Shown: positions 1 through 12,284 of the stretch, in pieces
How the letters are laid out: the number at the start of each line of letters is the position of its first letter
Position numbering within the stretch: the first letter of the stretch is position 1
DNA from: Candidatus Micrarchaeota archaeon UBA95
Lineage (GTDB): Archaea; Micrarchaeota; Micrarchaeia; Norongarragalinales; Norongarragalinaceae
Assembly (NCBI GenBank): GCA_002499405.1
Contig: DALH01000018.1
Location: forward strand, 1-39,013
Direction of reading: 5' to 3'
Length of the DNA stretch: 39,013 bases
Position numbers and translations under genes: made by a program
The notes under the pieces: model-generated
Database searches by the model: none
Told to the model about the DNA's origin: nothing
What the model saw: the letters and a program-made list of their open reading frames with translations, nothing else

Positions 1-654
1 TCCTTTTTCGGTGAACTTGATTCCAGAAAAATGGCAGTGCAGGTTTTTGAGGCCCTTCTCTCCCACGCCCTCGCTTATGCGCTTCAAGACCGCGTCAAAA
101 TCCTTTTCGTCCTTCAAGCAACCGTTTCCGCGCGCGTGCAGGTGCGCGAAGTCAACGCAAAACCACACGTTTCCGCCCACCGAGTCAAGGAGTTCGTCCA
201 GCGAGCCCAGTTGCGAAGGCTTGCCCGTGGTCTCCGGCGCGAGCTTGACGTCCGTGTATTGCTTGGCGCGCCTGGACAGGTCCGCCAACTCCAAGCAATA
301 TTCCTTGAACGCTTCCTTTGGCTCCCGACCCCCGTAAAACGCTGGGTGGAAAACGCAGTAACCGCCTCCTGCCGCCTCCAACGACTCACACGCCTTGAGT
401 ATGCGCTGCTTGCTTGCCTCGCGCTTCTGCTTCTCCTTGGACAACAAGTTAACGTAATACGGGGCATGGCAGGAAAGCACGATGCCGTAATCCTTGGCGG
501 CTTCACCAACCAAGCGCGCCTTCTCGGGTTTGAGGTTCACGGAGTGCACGAATTCGAGTTCCATGGCGCCCAACCCGAGGTCGTGCACGCATTTCACGCC
601 TTCAATTGAATCCCCGCCGCATTGAATCGGTATGCCCGCCGTCCCGAAAATCAT
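1..654 (-). CDS. Endonuclease IV-like TIM-barrel protein (AP endonuclease family 2), truncated by window edge
   Basis: Not in the ORF track. Manual translation from the ATG at 654: MIFGTAGIP...MELEFVHSV...LSCHAPYYVNL...VFHPAFY...APETTGKPSQLGSLDE...CVDFAHLHAR...LHCHFSGI. Start overlaps the GTPase stop (ATGA). Confidence 0.88.
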   Translation of the reverse strand, partial: MIFGTAGIPIQCGGDSIEGVKCVHDLGLGAMELEFVHSVNLKPEKARLVGEAAKDYGIVLSCHAPYYVNLLSKEKQKREASKQRILKACESLEAAGGGYCVFHPAFYGGREPKEAFKEYCLELADLSRRAKQYTDVKLAPETTGKPSQLGSLDELLDSVGGNVWFCVDFAHLHARGNGCLKDEKDFDAVLKRISEGVGEKGLKNLHCHFSGIKFTEKG

Positions 655-1817
655 TTCTTCACCGCCACGATTTTCACGACGTCGCCGTCCTTTAACGCGT
701 GCTCCCTACCGAGCCGCATGTGCGTGCGGCAATCCACCGCATAAAGAAAGCCGTGGGCCAAATCCGTGTGAACCCTTGCTGCAAGGTCCGGAGCGGTTGC
801 GCCTTCGTCCAAGAGCACGGCGTCCGGAAGCACGCGGCCGAAATTGTCCGCGAAATGCTTTTCGTCTTCAACCGGGAAAACAGTGATTTTTTTGAGGACG
901 CCGAACACGACCGCCTTCAACAACTCACGGGTTCCTGTAGAACCGTAGGCGTCCAAGACGCGTTCCTTGATGGAGTGCAGGGCGCCGGCGAGTTGCTGGG
1001 GCACGCCGTTGTTCACGACGAGGGACGCGCCGTCGTATTCCACGAGGCCTTTGTCGCGGGCGCGCTGCAAGGCGAGTTCCGAGTCCGCCGAACACGGTAC
1101 GACGCGCAACCCGGGGAACGCGGTTTTAAGCCGTTCAATGTTTTCCCTGGCGTGCGGCGAGTCGCACTTGTTCGCCGCTATTACCACGGGCTTCGCTTTT
1201 TCGCGGAGCTTGCGCGCCAATTCAAGGCATTGGGCCGGAGTCCACTCCAAGGGCTTCTCCCAATACGTGAGTTCGTTCAAGGATTCCTTCAGCATTTGCT
1301 CGGTCACGCGGAGGCCCGACAAGGATTGCGCGAAGTCCGCGAAGCCCGTCCTCGCCTTTGAAACGTTTTTCTCCAGAACGCCGAGAAACCAGTAATCCAA
1401 CTCGCTCAACACCATTGAAACGTCTTCCACGGAGTCGTGCGAGCCGGGCGCGCACGAATTGCCCTCGTTGTCCGTGGAACCCGATGCATCAACAACGCAA
1501 ACCAGGGCGTCCGCCGAATTCAAGTCATTCAGGAACTGGTTCCCGCGGCCGCGACCCTCGTGCGCGCCCTCCACGAGTCCCGCGACGTCGGTCACGTTCA
1601 CGGGCACGCCGCGCACGCCGCCAGCGCATTCCCCGGCGCGCGGCTTGCAGTCAACGCCGAGTTCCCGGCAAGCGCATTTCACGGGAACGAAGGCAACTCC
1701 GGCATTGGGGTTGATGGTGGTAAAGGGGTAATTGGCCACTTCGGCGGAGCCGTGGGTGAACGCGTTGAAGAGCGTGCTCTTGCCCGTGCTCGGCTTTCCC
1801 ACCAACCCGATGAGCAT
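651..1817 (-). CDS. YchF/Obg-family translation-associated GTPase with C-terminal TGS domain
   Basis: GKPSTGKST, NYPFTTI, DVAGLV, GNQFL, NKCD; C-terminal VHTDL...LKDGDVVKI. Confidence 0.92.
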   Translation of the reverse strand: MLIGLVGKPSTGKSTLFNAFTHGSAEVANYPFTTINPNAGVAFVPVKCACRELGVDCKPRAGECAGGVRGVPVNVTDVAGLVEGAHEGRGRGNQFLNDLNSADALVCVVDASGSTDNEGNSCAPGSHDSVEDVSMVLSELDYWFLGVLEKNVSKARTGFADFAQSLSGLRVTEQMLKESLNELTYWEKPLEWTPAQCLELARKLREKAKPVVIAANKCDSPHARENIERLKTAFPGLRVVPCSADSELALQRARDKGLVEYDGASLVVNNGVPQQLAGALHSIKERVLDAYGSTGTRELLKAVVFGVLKKITVFPVEDEKHFADNFGRVLPDAVLLDEGATAPDLAARVHTDLAHGFLYAVDCRTHMRLGREHALKDGDVVKIVAVKK

Positions 1818-1853
1818 AACAAAATTTATTGTAGTCAGGCATTAATAGTGGTT

Positions 1854-2966
1854 ATGGACTTGGCCGCAAAATACGCACCGAAGGGCTTGGACGAGGTCAT
1901 AGGCAACTCAACGGCAGTAGAAGAAGTGCGCCGCTGGGCCTTGGACTGGCAACGCAGAAAAAAAAGGGACCCGCTGCTATTTGTGGGCGCCAGCGGGGTG
2001 GGCAAGACGTGCACCGCCCGCGCAGTGGCGAACGAGATGGGTTGGCCCGTGGTGGAAACAACCAGGGATAACGCCGAGAAATTCGCTAAAACCGTTTCCT
2101 CCACGAACACCTTGTTCGGAGGAAAGGTGCTGGTGCTGGTCGACGCCGCTGACGAGGAATTCACTCCCGCGAACTTGAAGGCATTCGCGGAAGCCATCAG
2201 GGAAGCGCGCCAACCCGTGATATTCACCAGCAGGAAGCCGTGGACGCGGGGCATCGCCGCGCTGACCCCCGTAACGAAAAAGATTTCGTTCAGGGCGGTC
2301 AACTGGTTGAGCGTCCGCAAACTATTGAAGGAAATTGCGGAAAAGAAGGGAATCAAGGCGGACGTGGAATCCATTGCCCGGAAAAGCGGAGGCGACGTGA
2401 GAGCGGCGCTAAACGACTTGGCTTCGGGTTCGGTCGGCGAACGCCTGCAAAACAAGGACATTTTCTCGGCAATAATCAAACTGTTCAAAACGTCTTCCTT
2501 CAAGGAGGCGGTGGAGAGCGCGGATGCGGTGGACGAAAACCTGGACTTGTTCCTGTTATGGCTCGAAGAAAACATTCCAAGGGAGTACGAGGACGTCGAG
2601 GAAATTGCAAAAGCATTCGACGCGTTGTCGCGCGCCGACGTGCACCGGGGGCGCATAATCAGGCGGCAAAACTGGAAATTGTTGAAGTACGTGCGCTCGG
2701 TTGGGCTCGGCGGGGTCGCGCTGGCTAAAAAAGGAAAGTACCGGAAGTTCCCGCGCTACGCTTTTCCGGGAATACTGCGAAAACTCTCCGCGTCCAAAAA
2801 GAAGCGGGCCGTCATGAAGTCGCTGTCAAGAAAAATCGGCGAAAAACTCCATTGTTCGAGCGCCCGTGCAAAACAAGACCTGTGGGTCTGGGCGCGCTTC
2901 AAGGAATCCGTGGATTACTTCGGGCTGGACGACGAAGAGGAAAAACTACTCTCGGAGTTTGACTAG
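1854..2966 (+). CDS. rfcL: Replication factor C large subunit
   Basis: KYAPKGLDEVIGN, Walker A GASGVGKT, GDVRAALNDL, WLEENIPREY, ALSRAD. Start moved to the ATG at 1854. Confidence 0.9.
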   Translation: MDLAAKYAPKGLDEVIGNSTAVEEVRRWALDWQRRKKRDPLLFVGASGVGKTCTARAVANEMGWPVVETTRDNAEKFAKTVSSTNTLFGGKVLVLVDAADEEFTPANLKAFAEAIREARQPVIFTSRKPWTRGIAALTPVTKKISFRAVNWLSVRKLLKEIAEKKGIKADVESIARKSGGDVRAALNDLASGSVGERLQNKDIFSAIIKLFKTSSFKEAVESADAVDENLDLFLLWLEENIPREYEDVEEIAKAFDALSRADVHRGRIIRRQNWKLLKYVRSVGLGGVALAKKGKYRKFPRYAFPGILRKLSASKKKRAVMKSLSRKIGEKLHCSSARAKQDLWVWARFKESVDYFGLDDEEEKLLSEFD

Positions 2967-3656
2967 CTTGAAGGCGACGACGACAAGGAACAACAGGACC
3001 AGGAAAAGCGCGTACGAATTCGTGGCGTCCAAATACAGTTGTGAAAAGAATTCGGTCACCTCCTGGCTCAAGGGCTGCTCGCGCTCAAACGAGACCTCCC
3101 ACTTGCCGGATATTGGCCCCGACCACGACAACCCGTTGTAAGACGTTTTCTGCACTCCGGGCTCGGGGCGCACCTCAACGTTGACCGCATCCTCCGGAAA
3201 AATCATGTCTATGGTCATTGAATTGCCCAAGGAAAACTCGCCGGTTTTGCCGGGCGCCAGGTTCAAGCGCGATGCATCCAATTCATAACGCGTGGTGCGG
3301 ACCCCCATCTGGCGGGCGGAGAAAAAGCCTTGCGCGTCGTACTCAAGCGAAATGGACGCCGCAGAAGAACCCACCGAATACTCGCGTGCCGCGATTATGT
3401 TGAGGTTGCTCAGCGGCCCCAGGAAGTGGTACCGCACGTTGCCGCTGAACTTCTGCCAATCCCCGAGCGCGCTCTCGCCCTGCGACAAAAGGTAGTCGAA
3501 GGCACGCATCTCCCCCTCGGAGTCCAAGTAAAAAACGGTTTTCTCGATTACGTGTGCGTCGCCGTCGACCGTGACGCGCACCAACGCGGAAAAAGAGCGG
3601 TCGGTGTAAGCGGACGCAAACAACGCCGCAAACAATAGGAAGGCCCCGGTTCGCAT
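2946..3656 (-). CDS. Hypothetical secreted protein with C-terminal membrane anchor
   Basis: N-terminal signal peptide, beta-rich body, C-terminal hydrophobic helix followed by basic residues. Confidence 0.7.
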   Translation of the reverse strand: MRTGAFLLFAALFASAYTDRSFSALVRVTVDGDAHVIEKTVFYLDSEGEMRAFDYLLSQGESALGDWQKFSGNVRYHFLGPLSNLNIIAAREYSVGSSAASISLEYDAQGFFSARQMGVRTTRYELDASRLNLAPGKTGEFSLGNSMTIDMIFPEDAVNVEVRPEPGVQKTSYNGLSWSGPISGKWEVSFEREQPLSQEVTEFFSQLYLDATNSYALFLVLLFLVVVAFKLVKLRE

Positions 3657-3690
3657 GCGTTTATTACTGTCCGCCTTTTTTTATAACCAT

Positions 3691-4215
3691 ATGAAGGGAT
3701 TCGCGGCCCTCGCCTTGACCGCGGCGCTTTTGGCCGCCCTCGTTGCCGGCGCCGCCAGCGCACGCAATTCAAGCGAGCGCGCACGCGAATACTCGCGCGT
3801 AATGCTCTCCCTCCAAAAACTCAAGGCAATTCAAGGCGACGTGCGGGAAACCTTCCGCCAGGTAATGGAGAGCGCGGAAGGCGAAACCATCCAGGAAAGG
3901 GTTTTGGACGTTGCGCGAAAACTTGCGCTCGCCGAACAACACCTGGAAGAAAAATACCGCGAAAACGGATTGGACGTGGGTTTCGGCGCCTGCAAAGACG
4001 AAAACATCATTGATTTCTCGTCCAACGGAGAGGACTGGGATGACCGAACCGTGCCCCTGGCCGCATCAATCCTGTATTGGGAGGATGAAATCATTGTTTC
4101 ATCCAAGGGGCGCTCCCTCGTAAAAAAAGCGCCCGTGATTCCCTTGCCGTGCCTCAAGGGATTCGCGCGGTCCGGAAACGCGGAGTACGGGTTTGACTTG
4201 AATGAATTCAATTGA
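3691..4215 (+). CDS. Pilin-like or membrane-anchored hypothetical protein
   Basis: MKG|FAALALTAALLAALV resembles a class III signal peptide. First of four overlapping genes. Confidence 0.55.
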   Translation: MKGFAALALTAALLAALVAGAASARNSSERAREYSRVMLSLQKLKAIQGDVRETFRQVMESAEGETIQERVLDVARKLALAEQHLEEKYRENGLDVGFGACKDENIIDFSSNGEDWDDRTVPLAASILYWEDEIIVSSKGRSLVKKAPVIPLPCLKGFARSGNAEYGFDLNEFN

Positions 4216-4480
4216 AGCACTGTTGGCGTTAAGCGCCTACCTCGCGTTCGTAGCCGTAATCGCTTCGGTTGCAAGCATCCAAACCGAGCCATCAACGCAA
4301 GCCGAACTGCGGATGGCGTGCGCCGTTCTTGATTACGCGGCCACCATGAACGGGGTTTCATTTGAGTTGCCCGAAAACAATTTCACTGCTTCCGAAGGCG
4401 CCCTTTACCTGGAAGGGGAAAACCGGGAATGCCTGCACGCGGTGAACTTGAAAAAAGGGCTGGTGGTAAGCGATGGCTAA
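4202..4480 (+). CDS. Small pilin-like protein
   Basis: MNSIEALLALSAYLAFVAVIAS: SxE motif plus hydrophobic helix. Overlaps both neighbours. Confidence 0.55.
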   Translation: MNSIEALLALSAYLAFVAVIASVASIQTEPSTQAELRMACAVLDYAATMNGVSFELPENNFTASEGALYLEGENRECLHAVNLKKGLVVSDG

Positions 4481-4718
4481 AGGAATCGCATACTCGCTGG
4501 ATGCGGCAATGGCGGCTGCACTCATCTTGTTCCTGTTGTTGACCGCCCACTCCTTTGCCTCAATCCAGCAGGACCGCCTGGACGCGTCCGAGGACTCTTC
4601 TTCCCGCGCCGCCCAAGCAATTACTTATTCCGAGAACCTCGTTGACGGCGGGGGACAGTCCTGCGTCACGCGGCTAACCAACGGAGTTGAAAAAACGTTT
4701 TGCGGGCCAAAGGATTGA
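4473..4718 (+). CDS. Small pilin-like protein (class III signal peptide)
   Basis: MAKG|IAYSLDAAMAAALILFLLL; two C-terminal Cys. Confidence 0.6.
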   Translation: MAKGIAYSLDAAMAAALILFLLLTAHSFASIQQDRLDASEDSSSRAAQAITYSENLVDGGGQSCVTRLTNGVEKTFCGPKD

Positions 4719-4996
4719 TTTTGTCGCTGGAAGCCGCGCTGGCCGCAACCATCGTGTTGTCCGCGGCGGGGCTGGCAACGCAAGGCATTGAAAACCCGTT
4801 TTACAAGAACGCGGCTTTCGCGTTAGCCGACGACTCCGCCCAAGCAGAATTGGACGGCTTTCACGCGCCCCCGGAAGTCGGGGGTTACTGCATTTCCGAA
4901 ACCCCTTGCAACGCCAACTGCGTCAAGGCAACGCGCACGCAATTCAACGGCGAAGCATTTGAAGACGAGGAGTTAATCGTCTGCTGGAACGAGTAA
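4700..4996 (+). CDS. Small pilin-like protein (class III signal peptide)
   Basis: MRAKG|LILSLEAALAATIVLSAAGL; Cys-rich C-terminal part. Confidence 0.6.
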   Translation: MRAKGLILSLEAALAATIVLSAAGLATQGIENPFYKNAAFALADDSAQAELDGFHAPPEVGGYCISETPCNANCVKATRTQFNGEAFEDEELIVCWNE

Positions 4997-5356
4997 AATC
5001 CTCTGCGAGTCAATGAAAACCCCGAACTCCTTGCCGCGCGCGGGTTGCACGGAGAACGGGCCGACGTCACGCGAAAAATTGTTGCCCCGCGAAAAGTTGC
5101 AGTGGAGTTCGCCGTCAAAGTAAATGGTTGCGTTCACGGGCGCCGACAAGTTGAACGAAAAGGACGAGCCGGGAAGGAGCCGCGCATCCCTTGCCTTGGA
5201 AGCCAGGACGTCGCAAAACGCCTGTTCGCGAACCGCAAGCGAGGCCGCCGTTGAAAAAGCGGATATCCGCGAGTAATAAGGCGCCAGCGCCGCAAAAAAA
5301 GCAATTAACGCAGCCACCACTATCAACGCTTCAATGCTGGACTGCGCGCGCCTCAA
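4973..5356 (-). CDS. Class III signal peptide (pilin-like) protein
   Basis: MRRA|QSSIEALIVVAALIAFFAAL carries the QxSxE motif. Confidence 0.7.
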   Translation of the reverse strand: MRRAQSSIEALIVVAALIAFFAALAPYYSRISAFSTAASLAVREQAFCDVLASKARDARLLPGSSFSFNLSAPVNATIYFDGELHCNFSRGNNFSRDVGPFSVQPARGKEFGVFIDSQRILLVPADD

Positions 5357-5430
5357 TCAATTCACCAAAGTAAACAATCCATGAAAGGAATCAACCAACA
5401 ACGCGTAGCCAAGGCGGTTGTTTGGTTTCA

Positions 5431-5610
5431 TTATTTGATGTCGGCTATTTCGTCGAATGCCTTATCCGTTGACTTTTCCAATGCCTTCTTGCCTTTTTCG
5501 GCCGTGTTCTGCAACTGCGAGATGAACACGACCGCCACCGCAATCAAGGCGGCGGCAACTATGATCATTTCGATGCTTACCTGCGCTTCCTCGTCACTCC
5601 AAAAACCCAT
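5431..5610 (-). CDS. Small class III signal peptide pilin (DUF361-like), 59 aa
   Basis: MGFWSDEEA|QVSIEMIIVAAALIAVAVVFI. Start moved to the ATG at 5610. Confidence 0.75.
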   Translation of the reverse strand: MGFWSDEEAQVSIEMIIVAAALIAVAVVFISQLQNTAEKGKKALEKSTDKAFDEIADIK

Positions 5611-5654
5611 TCGCCGCACACCCAACAAGGGGAAGGGTTTCCCCGTTTTTAAAA

Positions 5655-6222
5655 CTAGAAGAGGAGCAGGAAGCCGAGGAAAAAGGCCGCAAATCCCGCG
5701 ACCCACACGCCTTGATTCCAAGCCGCGATTTTGGCTCCGTCAAAAGGGTGAATCGGGATCATGTTGAACCCGCCCAGCAACAAATTGATGTAAGCCCCCA
5801 GGGCCGCGAATTCTGAGGCTGCCCCCCCGAAGTAGAGCGCAAGGAAGAACAACGCGAGCAGGAAATTCATGGCGGGGCCCGCCAAGGCGATTTTCCCGTT
5901 TTGCTCGTTCGTCACGCGGCCGAATATGTACACCGCGCCGGGCGCGGCGAACACGAAAGAGCCTCGAGTCAGAAACGCCATTGCAACCGCGAGAAACAGC
6001 CCCGTGGTCCACGCGCGGTATTCGGCGTGCACCCCGAAGTGCAGGGCGGCGTACTTGTGCCCCAACTCGTGGAGTATGAAGGCGCTTCCGACGCTCAACA
6101 AAATCAGGATGAAGTATTCAAAGCTGAACAGGTTGTCGTTCTTGAAGAGCGAGAACGCAAGGGAAATAGTTGCAACTGAAACGATTATGTGCGTTGCCTC
6201 AACCGAACTGATGTTGAACCAC

Positions 6223-6242
<20 letters not shown>
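5655..6242 (-). CDS. Site-2 protease (M50) membrane metalloprotease
   Basis: HELGH zinc motif, AGP and NMIPIHPFDG motifs, several TM helices. Start uncertain. Confidence 0.9.
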
Positions 6243-8813
<2,571 letters not shown>

Positions 8814-9530
8814 TTAAATGATTTGCGAGTCGCCCGGAAGCACGCGCTCAAGCTCTGTTACGGACACGCCCGGCCATTCCACGTGCAGTTTCTTGGATGC
8901 AACCGCCTTTGAAGAGGGCCCGGGCTCCGCGAGTTTGCCCGCGCCCGGAAAGCGCTCGGGCACTGCGCTCACCTCGCTGCCTTGCTTGAGGAGCTTGAGT
9001 TTTAGGGGCACGTTGCGGAACCACTTGCGCTCCCCGTAAATCATGAACGCCCCCTTTCCCACGAATTCGCCGGGGGAATACTTGCTCACCTGCTCTTTGG
9101 GAACGCAGTACGCGTCTGCCACGAGCAGCCCCCCCTTCCAGGCGCGGCTGTAAATGCAAGCCCACTGCGCGGCTTCCCCTAGGTCTTGTTCGGCTGCACT
9201 CCTCCCGTTCTTCAGGATTGTTGCGGGCGCGCCGTGCACGTCCGCGTGAAAGAACAAGTCCTCGCCCGTCAAGTGTTTTGCCACTAGCAACTCGTTTTGT
9301 TTCGCGTCCCTGCCCGCGACGCAGAGCAGGCCGTTGCTCGTGTGAAACCAGTGGAATTCCTCAAACCACTTTGCCTTTTTGGGTTGTTTCCTGCTCTTGG
9401 CTTTCTTCTTCAGCCCCTTGTTGAGAGAGGCGCGCGCTCCCGCCGCCTTCCTCTCGAATTTCTTGGCTTTCTCAAAGTAATCCGATGCGTTCTGGTGCGC
9501 CGTTTTTTGCGGGTCCAACAACAAGTCCAT
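8814..9530 (-). CDS. NFACT-R (DUF814) domain protein, short Rqc2/NEMF-like
   Basis: QNASDYFEKAKK, KWFEEFHWF, GRDAKQNE, FFHADVHGAP, QVSK...GAFMIYG. Confidence 0.85.
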   Translation of the reverse strand: MDLLLDPQKTAHQNASDYFEKAKKFERKAAGARASLNKGLKKKAKSRKQPKKAKWFEEFHWFHTSNGLLCVAGRDAKQNELLVAKHLTGEDLFFHADVHGAPATILKNGRSAAEQDLGEAAQWACIYSRAWKGGLLVADAYCVPKEQVSKYSPGEFVGKGAFMIYGERKWFRNVPLKLKLLKQGSEVSAVPERFPGAGKLAEPGPSSKAVASKKLHVEWPGVSVTELERVLPGDSQII

Positions 9531-9531
9531 G

Positions 9532-11574
9532 TTATTCCTTGGGCGGGCGCGCTTCTTTTTTGTTTCCCCAGTTGGCTTTCGTGAGGCATTGCGGGTCCAG
9601 GCACATGACGAAGGGCCTGCGTCCTTTGCGTATCACTTTGACTATGGGGGTCCCGCATTTTTCGCATACCTGGTCAAGGGATTGAATCAAGGCGTTCTTG
9701 GGCAGGGGGTATGTTTGCTTGCAGTCGGGGTAATTGTTGCAGCCAACGAACAACCCGAAACGCGACTTTCGCAGTATCAAGTCGCCGCCGCACTTGCACT
9801 CGCCGAGCTTGTTTTGTTCGCGGCGCGTTTCCTTCAAGGCCGACAACAGGTTTTTACCTATTTTTTCCTCGCTTTCCTTGAACTTCCTCAAAATTTTGTC
9901 TAGGTCTTTCCTGCCGTGCTCCACTACTTTGTCGGGGTCGGCCTTGCCCTCGGAAATCTGTTCCACTTCGGCCTCGATTTCGCGAGTGAGTTTTACGCTT
10001 GCAATCTCGTCGCAGTAAGAGTGGAGGGTGCGGTAAACGCTTAACCCGAGCTCGGTTACTTGAATGCTTTTACTCCCCGTCAGGTATCCGCGGTTGAACA
10101 GGGTTTCAAGGATTTGGCTGCGGGTCGCCTTGGTTCCGAGCCCCTTCTTCTCGAGTTCGCGCACTGTTGACGCGGCGGTGAAACGCTTCGGGGGTTGCGT
10201 TTCCTTCTCGATTAGTTCGGGCCCCTTTACGCGTAGAACTTGGCCGTCCTTGTAATCCGGCAAAAGGGTTTCCTTGATTGAAGCATACCCCCCGAAGAAT
10301 TCAAGCCACCCTTTTTTGAGGACGGTGGAGCCATTCGCCAAATAATTTTCTTTACCGAGGCGTAGAATTACGGACAACGATTCCTTGACGAGGGAGTCGG
10401 CGAAGCACGCGAGGAAGCGCTTCACCACTAGGTCATACAACTTGGATTCAACCGTCCTCAAGGCACCTGGCTTTTCGCCCGTCGGAAATATGGCGGGGTG
10501 CGCTGGGTCGTCCTTCTTGCCTTGCGACGGGGCAAATTTCTTGGATTCAATTAGCTTCCTCGCCAGCACGGAATACGACGGGTTCTCCGCCAGTTTCCGA
10601 ATCACCTCATCCAAACCGAGTTCAACGGAAAGCTTTTGCGAGGAAGTGCGCGGGTAGGAAATCAAGGCGGCCTCGTAAAGCGATTGCGCGATTTTAAGGG
10701 TTCGCGCCGGCGAGAAACCGAAGCAGCGGTAGGCATCGGTTTGAAGCGTGGTCAAGTCGTAGGGGTGCGGCGGCGCCTGCCTCACCTTCTTCCGCGTCAC
10801 CCCGGTTATCCTTCCCTCGCCAGCGCTTTTTTCAAGCGCCTCATCCGCCTCCGCCTTGTCGAAAAACCGTTCTTTTTCGTGGACGAATTCCGCGTCGCCG
10901 TCCCAGGCGAACAACTGCCAGAACGGCTCGGGCTTGAATGAAGCGATTTCCAGTTCGCGTTTTGCGAGGATGCTTAGGGCGGGGCCCTGCACGCGCCCAA
11001 CGCTCAATACCTTGAACGCGCCCGCCGAGCGCACGGCCTGCATGAGAGCGCGCGACAAATTGATGCCGTAAAGCCAATCCAGTTTATGGCGCGCCTCGCC
11101 CGCCAACGCGTTATTCAAATCCATTTCCCGCAACTGCTTGAAGGCGCGCCCCAATTCCGCGGGGGTAAGCAGCGAGAACTTCATTCTCTTCAACGGCTTG
11201 CCGGGTGCCAGGAAGCGCGCCACGTTCCAGCCGATGAGCGAGCCCTCAATGTCGTAGTCGCACGCCACTATCACGGAATCGCTTTTCTTGGCGAGTTCTG
11301 CGAGCGCCGTCAAATATTTTTTCGTGAAAGCCGAGCCGTCGCTGACTTCGCAGGACGGCACCCACTCTATTTCGTAGATCGGGTAACCCGAACCAGTGCC
11401 TTTTTGCTTCAAGCCATACAGGTGCCCCACGGCGGGGGCAACAAAATATTCGCCGACCGTGAAATGCTTCACGCCGCGCCCTGACGCCTTGGAAGGGACG
11501 CCAAGTTCCCTTGCCACGGCTGCCGCGGTTTTTGCCGCAACGCTCGGCTTCTCGCAAACGATTAACGTGGCCAC
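9532..11574 (-). CDS. topA: Type IA DNA topoisomerase with C-terminal zinc ribbons
   Basis: CEKPS, AVGHL, DYDIEG (TOPRIM), GRVQ, ISYPRT with catalytic Tyr, GLGTKATR. GTG start at 11574 is the likely one. Confidence 0.95.
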   Translation of the reverse strand: MATLIVCEKPSVAAKTAAAVARELGVPSKASGRGVKHFTVGEYFVAPAVGHLYGLKQKGTGSGYPIYEIEWVPSCEVSDGSAFTKKYLTALAELAKKSDSVIVACDYDIEGSLIGWNVARFLAPGKPLKRMKFSLLTPAELGRAFKQLREMDLNNALAGEARHKLDWLYGINLSRALMQAVRSAGAFKVLSVGRVQGPALSILAKRELEIASFKPEPFWQLFAWDGDAEFVHEKERFFDKAEADEALEKSAGEGRITGVTRKKVRQAPPHPYDLTTLQTDAYRCFGFSPARTLKIAQSLYEAALISYPRTSSQKLSVELGLDEVIRKLAENPSYSVLARKLIESKKFAPSQGKKDDPAHPAIFPTGEKPGALRTVESKLYDLVVKRFLACFADSLVKESLSVILRLGKENYLANGSTVLKKGWLEFFGGYASIKETLLPDYKDGQVLRVKGPELIEKETQPPKRFTAASTVRELEKKGLGTKATRSQILETLFNRGYLTGSKSIQVTELGLSVYRTLHSYCDEIASVKLTREIEAEVEQISEGKADPDKVVEHGRKDLDKILRKFKESEEKIGKNLLSALKETRREQNKLGECKCGGDLILRKSRFGLFVGCNNYPDCKQTYPLPKNALIQSLDQVCEKCGTPIVKVIRKGRRPFVMCLDPQCLTKANWGNKKEARPPKE

Positions 11575-11627
11575 GGGACAACGCAGGCAAGGCAAGCATA
11601 TAAATCTTATCCAGAGAATCGTCTTTC

Positions 11628-12284
11628 ATGAAGCGGGTTCCAACCGGCGTGCTCGGCTTGGACGAACTGATGGGGGGCGGCCTGCCCGAAAACAGCGTCA
11701 CCCTATTGGTCGGCGCAACCGGAACCGGCAAAACCGTTTTCGCAACCCAGTTCGCTTTCGAGGGCGCGCTTCGCGGCGAAAAAACAATTTTCGCGGGTTT
11801 CAACGAGTCCGCCCAAGAATTAAGGGAATCCGCGAACTCTTTCGGCTTCAACCCGACGCCCCTGGAAAAAAAAGGAAAACTGTTGTTGTTCGATTGCTCG
11901 GCGGCGCGCGCCGGCGCCTACCCCGAAGGCAAGGGCTTGAAGCCGCACGAGGAAGCCGAAAGCGCGATAATGCGGGAGTGCACTGCATTCAAGGCCCGCC
12001 AGCTCGTGATTGATTCCTTCACGCCGCTGGCGGGGGAACGACTACGCGAACAATTCCACAGCCTTTCAAGAAGAATGAAGTTAGCCGACTTAACCGTCCT
12101 CGTGGTCGCCGAACCGGATTGCGCCCCGGTTCACGAGGCGGACAACGTCATTTTTTTGGGGTGCGAAGACAAGCCCTGCCTGCGGATTTTGAAGTTGCGG
12201 GGTTCCTTGCACAGCACTCGAAGGCACCCTTACGCGATAACCTCTTCCGGGTTCGCAGTTCAACGCGCCGACTTCCAGTTCTAG
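11628..12284 (+). CDS. KaiC/RecA-superfamily single-domain ATPase
   Basis: RVPTGVLGLDELMGGG, GATGTGKT, LVIDS, ILKLRGSLH. Confidence 0.88.
   Translation: MKRVPTGVLGLDELMGGGLPENSVTLLVGATGTGKTVFATQFAFEGALRGEKTIFAGFNESAQELRESANSFGFNPTPLEKKGKLLLFDCSAARAGAYPEGKGLKPHEEAESAIMRECTAFKARQLVIDSFTPLAGERLREQFHSLSRRMKLADLTVLVVAEPDCAPVHEADNVIFLGCEDKPCLRILKLRGSLHSTRRHPYAITSSGFAVQRADFQF

Noticed and set aside
1437..1853. N-terminal extensions in the ORF track (RFC-L 1437, IscS 14084, 26863 ORF, DTD2 30078, HD 21683)
   Set aside because: They overlap well-supported neighbouring genes, and family similarity begins at downstream starts.
11628..12284. Circadian clock KaiC
   Set aside because: Single-domain protein with no kaiA or kaiB nearby; it fits the common archaeal KaiC-like ATPases.
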